From NCBI RefSeq assembly GCF_018350175.1, contig NC_058371.1, positions 98,952,001 to 99,016,000 on the forward strand: a DNA stretch of 64,000 nucleotides. Direction: 5' to 3'. This document shows positions 50,089 to 64,000 of this stretch, in pieces. The notes beneath the pieces are model-generated. The model did not search any database. It saw only the letters and a list, made by a program, of their open reading frames with translations, and was not told the DNA's origin. How positions within the stretch are numbered: the first letter of the stretch is position 1; every line of letters starts with the position of its first letter. This stretch comes from Felis catus (lineage: Eukaryota). Both the position numbers and the translations under genes were made by a program.

Positions 50089-53000
50089 GATCTAGGATAC
50101 AGAAGAACTCGAACAAAGCCATAAAGCTTGGGAAAGCACAGATCCTTTTCCCAGGGGCAGAAAGTGATCCAGTGAGGCTGAAAGTTTGGCTATATGTTGA
50201 GGGTTTGTGCAGAATAAGCTCGGGAAGACGCTGGGGCCATTTATGGAGTGACTGGAATATGGAGCCTGGGCATTATGCCACAGGCAAACTGGAAGTTGAA
50301 GGATTTTGAGGAAGGGAGTATCACTGTTAAAGCTGAGCCACTGAACGCCCAAGCTGGTTCATATTACTGCCGTTGCTCTTTCATTCACTGACTCAGGCTT
50401 TGCTTCAACCAGACTACTTCCTACAGTACTGAGAGATCAATCATCATAAAACGTAAACTAGTCGTGTGATTGCCCACTTCAAACACTTCAGTTGTTTCTC
50501 CCATTAGACACAGAAAGGTGTGTGACTTTTTTCATATGATATACAAGGCCCATTCCTAATCCACACTGACCATACGGAACCGCTTTGCTTCTCTGATGCC
50601 ATGTTTCTGCAGAGCCCTTTGCCTTTGTGCCTGTTGTTGTCTTTGCCTAGAAGGTCTGTCATCCCTTATTTTGTGATAAGCTACTTCTCAGTCTTTCCAG
50701 AAATCATCAAGTACTTGAAGCTTCTACTGATTTCTTCGAACAGCATCGAGTATGCTATTCTTTCCACCCATTCTGTGCTTAAACTATACTTGTTGCAAAG
50801 TACTATAATTTCAAGATTACAAAATTATCTCCTATACTGAACTGTTCTCCTTGTGGTGGCTGGAGGTCCTAACTCTTTGGAACTTAAAGTGCCCAGGACA
50901 TAGTGAGGGCTTCAAAATTATACAGTACAGGGTAGTACAGAGATTAGAAACCAGAGTCAGGGAAGAAAGTTAATTTTTATTATAATAGTCCAGGCATGAT
51001 GTAATTGTGGATTGAACTAGAATCTTGGCAGGAAAAATGCACAGAAGAGAATGGGTGCCAGAGGCCTTAGTAAGGAAGAAACATGAGAACTTGTCCACTG
51101 ACTGAGTATAGGGGGAGAGGGTGACCCCTGGCTATCCAACATCGATGAAAAAAGCAAGACAACACCATTAAGACAAAGCAGAATGCCAAGATGAGAAACA
51201 GGAAAGTTAGGAGCTTCTGATATGCCGTGCTCCTGCTGCCAGCAGATCCTCCAGGTAGAGATGTCACCTACAGAGTTAGAGTTAGAAATACAGGAAGGGG
51301 ATCTCTGGGATGGAGTCGGAATCAATACCACAGATTTAGAGGCTTCTGCATAGTTTTCTGGGTGGTTGCAGCCGTGAAAATGAAATATTCTCCCTCTCCT
51401 TCTCTCTCTAGCTCACGCTCTCTCACTTTTCTTGCTCTCTCGCACTTTTGCTCTCACACACACACCAAAAAAAGAAAGAAAAAGAAAGGACTGAGAAAAA
51501 TATGATGGGGAATATCTAAATTACTTTGCAAAGAGAGAAAGAGGAGATTAGAAGGTAAATTAGAAAGTGTGGTCAGAGATGCAGAGTGAGAAATAAGAGA
51601 TAACATTTCCATAGACACTGACGAGAAAAAAAAAGGTTAAAAAGGAAGGATGATATGTGGTGCAAATATTGCAAAAGGTAAAGGAAAATAAAGACTCAGA
51701 AAAAGTCACTGAACTTGGTAAATTTCAGCAGAATCTTTGGATAGATTATTTTTTCATAGATCAATGGAGGAGAAAAACCAGTTGGAAGATTTTTGGGAAA
51801 AAATGGCTGGAGAAAACTGTGAGATAATGACCCAGTCTGGGTCAAAAGTGTGATATAAAAAAAAAAGTGAGTGCAAACAGCAGTTCTAAGAATATTGGAA
51901 TCATTCATTCAATGCATTTATTTAGGTGTCAGTCACGACTATGGTGCAGATGTTGTGAAAGGAAGACTATATTAGGAATAAAATAGATATAAGAAGATTA
52001 ACAAGAAAAAAACATTAATTTAACGAGTTTTGGGTCCTGATAATTGTATGAGAGACATTTATGCATATTAACTGATTACATATATACTACTTGGCACATA
52101 GTAGGTGATCAATATATATTTAACTCTCACAAATTATAAAATAACAATTCATATCTCCACTTTTACTGATGGATACACTGAGCCTTAGAGACACGAACAT
52201 GACTTTTCTAAGTCATGGTAGGTAAATAAAAACACCCAGCATTCAATACCAGATATTCTGAGGGTTTCCATAGGGATAAATACATGATTCAGGGAAGAGG
52301 GATGATTTGAAGATTCAAGAGAGAAATGCAAAAACTGTAAATTAAAGATGTGGAGGAAGTTAAATGGGATGGCATTAAGAGCACAGAGTAAGGGACTCGC
52401 CTTTGAATGTTGACCCTGTCAATACAATTTTGTAAGTTTCCCCACTGCTATGACATAAAATTAGAAATAAGGTTTAAATGGAGATTTGGTCCAGTTGGGA
52501 TAAAAAGGGATACATTTCCTTAAAAGCTAACTTTGGAATGAGTGTCTGTCTGGGAAGCAAATATGTAAACCAGACAAAGACTAAGAATTAATGCAGTCTA
52601 GTTTACTAGAGGGGAAATATCAAAAGTGAAATAAAGAGTATAACTCACCATCCATACAAATCTATAGTTTTATCAAATGGGTAGAAAGAAAAATATAAAT
52701 AAGTATTGGTTGGGCGATTGCTGTATGTAAGATTATGGTGGACTATAAGGGAAAAGTAACAATATATGACACATAACAGGTTGTGCTATTAGAGAGCCCA
52801 CAAGTAGTTGGGTAAATGACTTACACTGTAATATTTAAATAAGCAACATAAAATTAATATAAAATAGCTCTGTTAACCAGGAGAATGGGTTTGCCCCAGA
52901 TTCTATGCATAACGAGGAGCAATTAACACCTAATATAAAAGTGTATTATATTCCATTAAAAAGATATGAAGCCAGAGTAAATAAGGTTTAGGTTGGCATC

Positions 53001-54349
53001 ACTACTTATTTTACCTATGAAAGTATTTTAAATTTAAGCTGTAATAATTGTCCTAAGTTAATTTAAAAGTGAATTTAATAATTTTACAAAATAAAAATAG
53101 CTTCAATTTTTATATTATCTGACTTATGACAGTCAATGTAGTCATTTAAAGATTTTTGCATATGCATTTTATAGATTTCAGGGCATGTAAAAGTATAAAG
53201 TTAATTCTCTCATATTAAAGGAGGAAAAATATTCAACCAGTCAACCAAACAACCAAAAATCAAAACAATCATTTCAAAGCTACCAATACAACTGTGTAAA
53301 ACACTCTGGAAATATTGACAGGATTTCCTAGACCAACTTTCCATTGATCACCATTGTCCACAAACGTAAGATCACATGTAGCAGTGAAACTTTGACATAC
53401 ACTAGAAGAAAATAGCGTACCATCATAACATTTTATTCTAGCACTCATTGATTTTGTAAGCACACAGCTTCACAATTGTTGCAGCAATTGAAACATCTCA
53501 GATGGGAATAGTTATGCTACTGATTTGTCATACTCTATATTTTATCTTTAGAGAAGGACTCCTTGGCATGGCAGATAAATATTTATTAGACTATAACACT
53601 ACAATGGATAGGACATCTCTTCCAAAATTGTCACAAACTTACTGAGCACTAACAGATGGCAAGAAAAGGGAAAAGTGCTTTGCATATATTGGGACAGTAT
53701 GGGTTGATGGATATTGAGTAATTTTTGTTCTAACATTATTCTAAGCAGTTCACTTAGAACTGTTAAAGTATTTTATTTGTCCTCACAACAATTCCATAAA
53801 GTCACTTTTATTATGTAGTATACCTATTACATTGATAAGAAAAAAACTGATGCCCAGAAATGTTCAATAAACTGCCCCACAATTAATAGGAGAGTCAGGA
53901 CTCCATTCTACACAGCTTCATTCTCAAGGCTGTGCTCTTACCACAAAGCTAAAGACTTAGTTCTTAGGGTACAAATTCCATTATTCCTATGCTTTGGTGT
54001 AGGACAATTGAAGGAGGTTGTATTTACTGCCTTTTTGAGGTTCATGCCAGGAAGTAGTTAGGTTGTACCTGCCTTTCTCCAAGTGGTACTAAGCACAGTG
54101 AGCCAAAAGCATATAACTATGACCTTGGGCAGAAGTTTTCTCCATCCTTAATGATTTGACTGTATAAGCCTCTTAGAATTCAGCTCTTTGCCTGGAAGTA
54201 GGTCCCAGCTTCTGAAAGAAGTTCATGCATAGCCTTTCCTCTTATAGTGCATGTCAGTGTCCATTCTCTTCTGGATTTCCTTCTGTATATCTCCGGTCAG
54301 AACTGCTTAGCTCCCTAGGTGACTCTTCCTTCTAAACGTGCTTATCAAC

Positions 54350-55370
54350 TGTTAGGAGAATTCCAGAAGACTCATTCCTGCCCCCCTTTTATTTCTCTAT
54401 TCTCTCTCCTAAAGTGTTCTTATTCAGTGCCTTGGTTTTACAGAGCATTGATGATTCTCAAATCTGTATCTACAGCCCTGATGCAAACCTAAGCTTCACA
54501 CTCGTAGTTTTAATGTCCCAACTGATATCCCCATGTGAATGACTAGTAGTCACTTCAAATTGGATTCAAGTAAGAACTCCTGGTTTCCCCCATGCCTGTT
54601 TCTCCTCCAATGTTACCTATAATGGTACCACCATCTGCCCAGGTGTTCAAGCCAAAAACTTAGTAGATGGCCATTCTGATTTCTCTCTTTCTTTTAGTTC
54701 CACTTACAATCTCAAATGTTTTTCCAAATACATTCATTCAATTTTCATTTTTCCACCTTAGTACAAGGACACTCCATCTTTTGTTTGAATCAGTATATTA
54801 ATTAACACCTGAATGGTCTCACTGGTTTCTCTTCTAATAGCTTTTTTCTACAGTCCTGCCTCTAACCCAATCCAAACAGATCAGTTTATTTTGGCCCCTG
54901 TTTGAAATACTCCAATAGTTTATCACATAAATGATTTTAAGAATTTCAATTAATTAATTAATTAATTAATTAATATCTCAATTTCTTACCATGACCTAGG
55001 AGCCCTTGTATGGGCTACATGATTTGGCCCCTGCCTACCTCTCTGAGCCTGTTCTCACTCTGGTCCACACTCACAAAACTTCCTAGTTAAATACACCATG
55101 CTTACTTACATTCCACAGCCCAGTTCTTCAGCCTAAAAGTCACTTCCATAAAGAAGTCACCCATATTAACCATACCTAATAGTCCCTTGTCACTCTCTTG
55201 TTATATAAGCCTATTTTATTTTCAAGGCTGCATTCACCATATTAAGTAATCTTCTTTATTTCATATTAAATTGCCTATCTACCTCACAAAGCCTGCCGGC
55301 TCGAAGAAAGTGGAAAGTTTGTCTTGTTACCCATACTAAAAACTCAATGCATGTTTATTAAATGAAAAAT
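54350..55370 (+). mobile_element. LINE-2 relic (boundaries approximate)
   Basis: tgatgattctcaaatctgtatctacagccctg, aatggtaccaccatctgcccagg and 3' end actcaatgcatgtttattaaatgaa. Confidence 0.7.
54948..54973. repeat. (AATT)n self-complementary microsatellite
   Basis: Seen directly. Confidence 0.9.
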
Positions 55371-55881
55371 AGCTTGAGGTCTTCTATATACCTCAGTCAC
55401 CTCTGCCAGCAGGAAGAGACTACTTAATAGCAGTTTCCCAAAGTGATTTTATAAATAGGAAATTAGTAACAAACAAAATAAATCACTAACCAAATCATCA
55501 CAGGATCAACATTCACAGGCCACCTTTTACTGATAACTACAGAACACTCAGATTCTCTTTTCTGACCCATTACACAGCCATCCGACCTCCTCTAATTTAC
55601 CTAACATAAGCCTACAGAGATTAGGGATGTTGTGTGGGTAAGAAATATTTATGTCTTTGAGAGTCTTCTCTGGAAAACTTAGAAATCTTCGTTTCTTACT
55701 GTTGATAATAGGAAGAAGTGAAGAAGGTGACACACAACTCGATCCACCAAATGTTACAACACAACCATTTTCACATCGTCTCTGAAAAAGGTACCATATT
55801 GTTTTCTCCATTTTAAATGGGTTTCAGTAGATTAACAGAAAGTTTTTAAACTTTGAAAACACAAATATTCTTATCGAGGCT

Positions 55882-56455
55882 AGTGGCTGGGTTAAAAATG
55901 GCCAAAATTCTTTGATATTCCTCTTCAAGTGGTGAGGTGCATTTCTCCTCCCAGTGAATCTAGGCAGGTCATGGCTGCTTTGACAAAGTATTATGGAAGT
56001 GATGCTACACCACTTCTAGGACTTTTCCTTAAGAGCACTGGCAGATTTCGCCTGAGGTTCTTGGACCCCAGAGCTACCATGTAGCCCATTTCAGCTACAT
56101 GCCAAAGAACCATATTGTGAAGCCCTGAGACCACAAGATCAGAGACAGGGGGCCAGCAGAGCCCAACCTTCCAATCATCCTTGCCGAAATACCAGACGTC
56201 GAGTGAAGACATCTTGAACCTTCAAGACTGCCCAGTTACCAGGTAAATACCATTAAGTGATACCAGTCAATCACATGAAGCAGAAGAATCTCCCTGTGAA
56301 CCCAGCCCTGTAAATGAACTACATGGACTACAAATTCATGAGATAGATAAAAATATAAATAAAACTAAGTAATTAAAATTTTAGAATGACAAGTAAAATC
56401 ATTGTTTAAATCCTCATTTTAGCTATAGTTAGTTATTCAACAGTACATGGACATA
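55882..56455 (+). mobile_element. MaLR solo LTR (MLT1H-like)
   Basis: aaaaatggccaaaattctttga...ggaagtgatgctacaccacttc...gagtgaagacatcttg...gaagcagaagaatctccc. Confidence 0.7.
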
Positions 56456-56572
56456 ATAAGGCTATGGGTTAATGTTACAGAATTTCTAGCAAAATTAAGC
56501 ATTATATTCAGTTAGTCCAGACTAATGTTTAATGAAAAAATAATCAAAGTTTACAAAGGAAAATGTACTGAC

Positions 56573-56753
56573 CTGATAACTGCATTTGTTGAGGCATCAG
56601 CATCTGAGGCATTTACCAATAAAACATCTGTTCCAGTGGGTGCATCTTCAGGAATTATTGTGAAATACATTTTACTGGCAAAAGTAGGGACATTGTCATT
56701 GACGTCATCTACGATGACATTGATTGTTCCAGTTCCAGTCAGGGCAGGGGATC
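56573..56753 (-). CDS. FAT4: FAT4 exon 7 (181 nt), cadherin repeat junction
   Basis: ctttctag|GA TCC CCT ... GTT ATC AG|gtcagt; SPALTGTGTINVIVDDVNDNVPTFASKMYFTIIPEDAPTGTDVLLVNASDADASTNAVI. Upstream exons lie beyond the window. Confidence 0.96.
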
Positions 56754-58302
56754 CTAGAAAGAGAAGAAAATCAAGTTTTTAATGTTTATAAATAACAAAG
56801 ATAACAGCAAATTTAACATTAATTAGTTACAGATAACACTACTGGAGACAATTTAGAAAACATCTCAAAGTGAAATTTCTAAATGCTACAAGTGATTGAG
56901 TGATTTTTGATTCTTTTACAAGTATTTTCATTTATAAACTAGTATTTCAAATCTTTTCTGATGATATTGAACAAAAAGAGTATGTCAGCCTCTTATTCTA
57001 TTTGAAAGGTGCTGATTTGGCAATGAAAAACACAACAATATCATTTAAACACCACAAAACAGGCACTGCTGGTTTCTCTGAAATTGCATTAAAATAGCTC
57101 ACTCCAAATTTGGAGAATACCCATGGGCATTGAATATCTGGCCAACTGACAAAGCACGAAAACTAAATTCCTAGCTGTGACTATCAATGTTAATATCAAA
57201 AATTTGGGTTTCTGGGTCTTTAAATTCCCTATTCTGAACTAATATTTGTTTGTAAAGGAAAAAAAAAAATAAAGCTTCAAGTTATATCTCAAAACCACGA
57301 TCTTCCACTTGGTGGAAATAACATTATGTGGATGAGCTGACTTGGAATTATTTTTGTTACATTTATTTAATATTTAATATAAATGTGAAACAATTATTTT
57401 TTTTTTATTTCCTGTTCCAGCTCTGTTATCAGCATATAATGAAAAGCCAACATTGAACAAAACCTTGGCATACACTGTCCGTACTACACAAAGTTAACAG
57501 ACTTTGTGGTGAAGGTCAGAAGCCATATTTGGTTACATTCTGTGGGTTATCCCAAAACTAAAAGTCAAATCAACTGTCTTTAGATGCATGTTCAAAATCA
57601 GTTTTCAAACTTTAATCTGTCTAAATAGAAACAATAGAGATCTGTTTAACTGTGTTTATCTAAAATAAAATAAAGCCCTGAATACTCTCTTTTTCTGTTT
57701 AAGATATTAAAACTTTCCATAAAATTATTCCCCCTTATATGAAATTTAAATTCTACTTATTTCTAGCACTCAACACTTTTTAATAAAAGCCACCCATTCA
57801 TTCACTCATTCATTTCTCTGTAAAATGTCTATGGTGTTCCCTTTTACTCCTCACAGAATGGTGTTGAGATTCACAACCTTCCAGTATTTTTTTTCTAGTA
57901 ATCCTGTGATTTGCTGATATTTCCTTTACTACTATTTAAACCTGTTCTATGTTCTTAGATTGTAACTACTGATGGCCTATAACCAATGAGCTTTTATGCT
58001 CAAATATATAGGAACCAAAATCAGACTAGAACAAACAGACTAGAAAATTATGGAATGCAATGGATTTAGTGATGTTATATGTGTGCTCTATACAAGGAAG
58101 CTTGAATTCTACATGAGATGAAAATGCATATGACCAGTTGAGCTAGGCACTGTGATGAAGCATGATTGCTCCCATAAATCTATGCAATGAAATTTAGGCT
58201 ACATGGTGATAATTATTGCCAAATATATCTTTCTCAGTATTTTATATTAAACATTCCATTTCCATTAACATATTTTTAAATTCATGACTCCCAAAGTCTT
58301 AC

Positions 58303-58516
58303 TTTTTATTTTTTTTTAATTTTTATTTATTTTTGACAGAGAGACAGAGCATGAGTCGGGGAGGGGCAGAGAGAGAGAGGGAGACACAGAATCCAAAGCA
58401 GGCTCCAGGCTCTGAACTGTCAGCAGAGTCCGACGCAGGGCTCAAACCCACAAATCGCAAGTTCATGACCTAAGCTGAAGTTGGACACTTAACTGACTGA
58501 GCCACCCAGGCACCCC
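58303..58516 (-). mobile_element. SINEC
   Basis: Full element; TSD a(a/g)agtcttac. Confidence 0.94.
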
Positions 58517-61500
58517 AGAGTCTTACCTTTCAGATGTTTGATTTTGTATTAAAGGAAACAAAAATTAGTATTTACTATTGCTTACATGTATAGTTAACTA
58601 TAAACTTACTAAAAGAGTATAATTGCCTTTTCACTAGTCACTTGATGTTAATAATGGTAAAATGATGTCACAAATATTTCATACACAAAATATATTTGGA
58701 AGTATTATAAACACTGGAGAAGCACATCAAAATAAGACTTTAAAGATCTCACTCAACATATTAATAATGATCATATCCTTAGGTAGACAAGTACTGGTTT
58801 AAGAAGTTTACATAGACTACATTGTGTAATCCTCATCAGTTAGTACCCCTGCTATCCCCAATATATGTTTAAATAAGCTGATAATTGGATTAAATGATTT
58901 TTCAAGGCCATAGACATAGTGAGAGAGCTGGAATTTAATCCATGGGACTTGGATGTGAAGCTGTTTGCCACTGGCAAAAAGCTGAAACGTGTTGCTAGCG
59001 GCTGAACGGGTGCCACTCAGCGAGATGTGCTGGGACTCTGGACAAGCTGAGCCCAGAGAACAACCTTAGACACAAGTTGGAGAAAAGCCCCAAGTCCATA
59101 GGTGATAGACCCTAGTTATTTGCCAGTTGAAGTTTGTGGGGCATTTGGAGACAGCACTCCTGTCAGAGACTTTCAATTTCTCATAAGCGTCCTGTTAAAG
59201 CTAACTAAATACCTTCAAGGGTATCATTGATGATCAATGTTTGGACTAAATCTCTTATGTATGTTTAATTATGTACAATTTGGTGAAATGCAAGTTAATT
59301 ATCTGCATCATGTTGGTATCTTTTCCACTAGTTACATTAAAAAAAAAAAGGTAAGTAAAGGATAACTGTGTTTTCATGTGGGCAAAAGAGGATGCCATGG
59401 GAAGGACAGTGTGCACACTAGGATGTATTGAGAGAAGGAATAACTAAATCAAGTCCCTACAAGCAAAGGATAGGAGGATATGGAGGGCTCTTTTATATAG
59501 TTTACTGACATTGAACTCTACTCACTAAATCTCAGTTTCCTTTTCTGTAAAATGGGAATAATAAGCATAGAACATACCCCAAAGAGGTACTGAGGGAAAT
59601 GTAACATGCTAAGGATAGTGACTGGTATATAGTTAAAATGTATTCCTTGTTCTTGTACTTGCTTTAGACACAAGAAAAATGAAAACTTTACATTATGAAG
59701 GTCCATTTTCTTAATATTAAAGATTTCAATTTTATAGTTCTCAGGATTTTTATTCTCCAATGAAGCTTTTGACTCAGCTCTATGATAATATTATTCAGGA
59801 AAATATTTTGAGTCATCCTTTCTTCTTAATGATTCCCTTGTAGTGTAACAAAATGAGACACTTAGCTCTCAAACCTTTCATAACTTTGTGGAGGACATGT
59901 TGATTGGAAATTTAAAGATAAAAAATTTGGTACTTTACAGTGAGAGAGTTTAAAGAAGACCTAAATATTTCTGGTATGCCCATTGCTCTCTAATCAACAA
60001 TACTTAAACTTGTTAAGAAGTATCCCAGTAACTGCCAAGCAAAGGTTTTATCCTTGGTATTCTAAAGTGTCTGATGACACATATATGGAAAACCACATAA
60101 AATGATGACTAACTCATTTGGTCAGGAACATGTGATTTCTTTCTTTGTCTCTAAACTACATAAATATGGTTGCTGATGTGTTTTCTGAATTAGTAAGCAA
60201 AAAGAGAAAAACATTGTTTACCCAGGAAAATACTCAGCAAGTTCAATCTCAGTGTCTTCATACCAGAGAATACCTAATTTTCCAAAAGATTTTAAAAGCA
60301 CACCAGTGACAACAAGATGGTCCCAGCTTGAGAAGTAGCCCCATAGGTGATCCCATATCCACATGGGAGCTCTTCTCAAGCAAAGGGTCCCCTTTGCTTC
60401 TCTTAGTAGCTGCCACAGCCCAGTTTATAAGCACTTAGGGTTCTTTTCCTATTTTCTTCAAGAATTGTCAGAATGAACCACAATTCTCCAGTGGCCTCCC
60501 CTTCTTGTTGCCCCAAAGGATGTGCATGCAGGTCTTATCTACTTTTTTCAATTTTATAAGGAAACCTTACAGACACATTGTTCTAAATTTCTAGGCCTTT
60601 TACTGAGATTTAATTAACCCTAAATTTGAATTCTGCTTCCAATATGTTTTACTTTCATTCTTGGGAATGGGACCTAACCGCCAAACAACCAGATCCCATC
60701 TCATCCTCGTCCACTAATAGCGTGAGCTCTGGAAGTCACTGCCTCTGAACTTTAGTCAGGAAAGTGAAATCAAAGGAGAAAAATGGAACGCCCCTGGTTT
60801 CACATAAATCTTATTTCTACATCACTGGTCTCAGATGAAAGACACAAGTTCCCTAGTTGATGGCCCACATAAATTTTGGCACTTCCTCTCATCTGCTAAT
60901 TGAATGATGAAGCCATGTTTTCATCGTTGCTTTTCTGTGTTTGGTTGTCTTTAAACTCTCTCCCTCTTAACTATGTGAGGAAGTGGTCTAGGATCCTTAT
61001 GTTCCTGTTTCCTAACAGTTTTTGTTATGTCCCTTGTGAAGTGCAGCACAATGCCTACTGTTACTTTATCTTTAGTCCACACCTCTCTGTTGGCTCTAGG
61101 CTGACACATGCGACTATCTGTTGTCTCTGCTTGCAAGTTACCAAAAAGCCTCAATATTAGTATGCGAAAAACTGAAATATTAATTATTCTGTGTAAATGT
61201 AGCCCATATTTTTATCTATAAATTGAAATATAAATATATATACATATATATTTGTATATACATATTGTTTAACACTTGAGATCATATTGTTTACTTGAGA
61301 TCATGTATATATATATATTTATATACGTATTACTCATTTAATATACAGATTCTATATAATAGGTATTTTTTTTTGATAAAGAATTTGAGACTCAAAGAAT
61401 TTAAGCAATTTATTTATATTCAGCCATAGTGGAAAGAGAGAGCCAATTTTGAACTCAATGCCATTCTTACTATAGATGTTTTACTCTGTATTATTATTAC

Positions 61501-63235
61501 TATCAATGTACTCTGTCATATCCTCTGTTAAGTTATAAGCTAATAGAAAGCAGGAGTAATTTTATTTAATTCACCTTTATGTCAACCCATAATGCATACC
61601 ATTAGACTTTGTTCTCATTCTGCAGTCTTTTCCTCTGATTCTTTATATGGAAATCTGGTCTAGTGACTGGCTAAAAGTTCAAAGAACAGAATACTTCTAG
61701 AAATATACATCTGGGAATACAGGCCCTAGCCTAAGGCTGGGGTCAGAGAAGAAAACTGCAGGCAAAGGTCAACGTTTTGGAGGTAGTCTACTACTTAAAA
61801 AACAGAGGGTCCCAATTAATACTGAATCCCAGGAGAAGAATCAGAATACTAGGGACCAATGTTTAGTTTGAATAGGTCTGCTAATGATGAATTATATAGG
61901 CAGTGGCATAATAAAGCAAGATTGTTCAATCTCATCTTGGATTGATTTATGAAAAACAGACACAATCAGAAAGAAGAGGCAGGATGTAGTGACACAGACT
62001 CCTGACAGATGACAGTGAGCCAATGAAAAGGGTTGAAGGTACAAATAAAATAAAAGGTCAAGGCCTCAGAAATTTATAATTATAGAGGCCAGGAGGTGCG
62101 GTGGACATTTGAAATATACTTATAAGTTGGAAGATAAGAAGAACTTCAAATTTCATTTTGTAAAATTTTTATGTATTGTATGCATTCATCTGTATACATG
62201 TATATATATACATATATACATAAGTGTAAAAATAAACATGAGTAAATTGGTAGAAACCTTCTGAAATTTTTAGAGCAAATATCAAACAATGCATATGATT
62301 CTGAAAAGCATTTTTAAAAGGGTGTGAAAATAAATCACACACACAGAGACTGTTTACAACTTAATCTTCTGATAATCCATTATACTATGGTAGTTTCATG
62401 CTCTGTGTGGGTCATATTTTATATTTTTGAATTTGAAAAATGATTAAGTGGATATTGGCTTTTAACACTGGTGGCTTAATATGCTCAAATATATCAACAT
62501 AAAGTTCAAATTAATTTAAAATGAGATTTAAAAAGAAAAAAGTTTTAAGCAACTGCTCTATCAGAAAATACATTTTTAGTAAGTGTAATAAATGAGTCTA
62601 AATGAGTAATTAAAGTTCACACTGCAGGCAGATTACATTTTTTATGTTAACCCTTATAAATTAAACATACTTTCATGAAACATGAAAAACTATTCTGCAG
62701 AAATAAAATTTTTGCTTAACTAAAATCTGTTGCTTTGCAACAAAGCCGATTTCATTCTTGACATCAAACATTTGGTGAATAGGTCCTCTGGATGTGTGTT
62801 TGTTGTAGTAAAGTATTAGCTTCTTTTTTTTTCTTTCCCAAGAAGTAAACACATTTTTCTCACAGTAAGCCGTCCGCTGAAAATCTACTGAAATTTCACC
62901 CGTTCTATATTAACATTAGACCTTGTGTGGTTAGATTTAAATTTGAATTCAGCCAATCTATAAAGCAAATAAGTACGGAACCTTTCGAATACGAACAGAA
63001 ACTGTGTATTTTAAAAATAACATTTATAATGTAATTTATTACTGCTAATTAGTTTTACAAATATATTTATATAAATTAGGTATATATACTCTTAGATAAC
63101 ACTTGATTTTTAAATTATTGCTGTAGGAATCTTTACCAAGAACACCATATTTCCTTGATAAATTCTTTTACTAAATAGAAGTGATAAGTAAAAAAGGGAA
63201 ACTATTTAATAATGTTATGAAAATGACACTGAAAA

Positions 63236-63340
63236 GTCACACAACTATATGAATGTACTTAATGCTACTGAATTGTGCACTTAAAATAATTAAAATGGTA
63301 ATTATGTTATATATATATATATATAGCCACAATTTAAAAT
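63236..63340 (+). mobile_element. Ancient L1M 3'-end fragment
   Basis: acaactatatgaatgtacttaatgctactgaattgtgcacttaaaataattaaaatggtaa. Confidence 0.75.
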
Positions 63341-64000
63341 TTTTATAAAGTAATATATAATGTTAACAAAATATTTTATCCCGCACAAAAAGCAGGTCTT
63401 GAGGAATTACTTTTTAGAGGACTTTAAAAGAAAATCCTCAATACATGTTGAAACTCTGAAACATTAAAGGCTACCTCAAATGCTAAACATAACTTGCCTC
63501 CTGCCTACTTAGTTAAAATATCTAATTATATATTTATGAAATAATGATCAAAACACACTACAAAATGATTATGCTTTATCAGGATAAAATGAAAAGACTT
63601 TTTGAAAAGGTAAAAAAAAATTCTCACAGTGAGGTCAGTTTTTACGACATTTAATGTTTATCTTTTAAGTCATATAAATATTTTCATTAATATTGCAAAT
63701 AGTTTGTATCCACTTCAAAGTTGGGTCCTTTGTCCACTCGTATTTATAGCTTACACGAATAAATAAAATCTACACTGAAATTATTTTATTAAATTTTAAT
63801 TCTATGCAACATAATGACAATTCTAGCTTTCACTTAACAATTTTAGAAGCTAAATCATTTGTTTTTGTATTTGTATCTAGTGAATATACAAATGAAATTC
63901 TATGTAGGAAGAATTTTTCTTACTAAAGAGTACCTGGTTTTAAAAAAAAGTATTTAAATAAATAATTTATAATAATATAATGTCACTAACATACATGGTA

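Noticed and set aside
52649-52661. Possible 13-nt poison microexon (actatag|ATTTGTATGGATG|gtgagt) in intron 7
   Set aside because: Good donor, but the pyrimidine tract is displaced from the AG. Such matches are common in long introns and nothing else supports it without RNA-seq.
1-64000. A novel multi-gene biological system
   Set aside because: All convincing coding signal is explained by FAT4 and one L1 fragment; I found no second gene, retrocopy, viral ORF or structured RNA gene that I can support.

Overview
Mammalian (feliform carnivore, most likely felid) genomic DNA containing the 3' part of FAT4, the giant atypical cadherin, on the minus strand. I resolved 11 coding exons, corresponding to exons 7-17 in the 17-exon numbering: 56573-56753, 45961-46211, 39634-43983 (4350 nt), 28482-28586, 24229-24536, 19622-19707, ~18573-18752, 15274-15398, 13182-13399, 8601-8862 and 3950-5814. 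Every visible boundary is GT-AG with consistent phase; the exon 13 donor is hidden in an N gap. They encode the last cadherin repeats, EGF repeats, two laminin-G domains, the TM helix and the cytoplasmic tail ending in EQYV, followed by a ~1.2 kb 3' UTR and an ATTAAA poly(A) signal near 2780. The introns hold 14 CanSINE/SINEC copies, a truncated carnivore L1, hAT and Tigger MITEs, LTR relics, L2/MIR relics and microsatellites. Five N gaps are present, three of them in small coding exons. I find no support for a novel biological system. The best second-look items are a 6-nt tandem splice acceptor, frame-preserving N gaps that look like masking, an inverted SINE pair, miRNA seed sites in the 3' UTR and an E-box cluster downstream of the gene. 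Comparisons with human FAT4 and with repeat or miRNA consensus sequences are from memory, not from a search.
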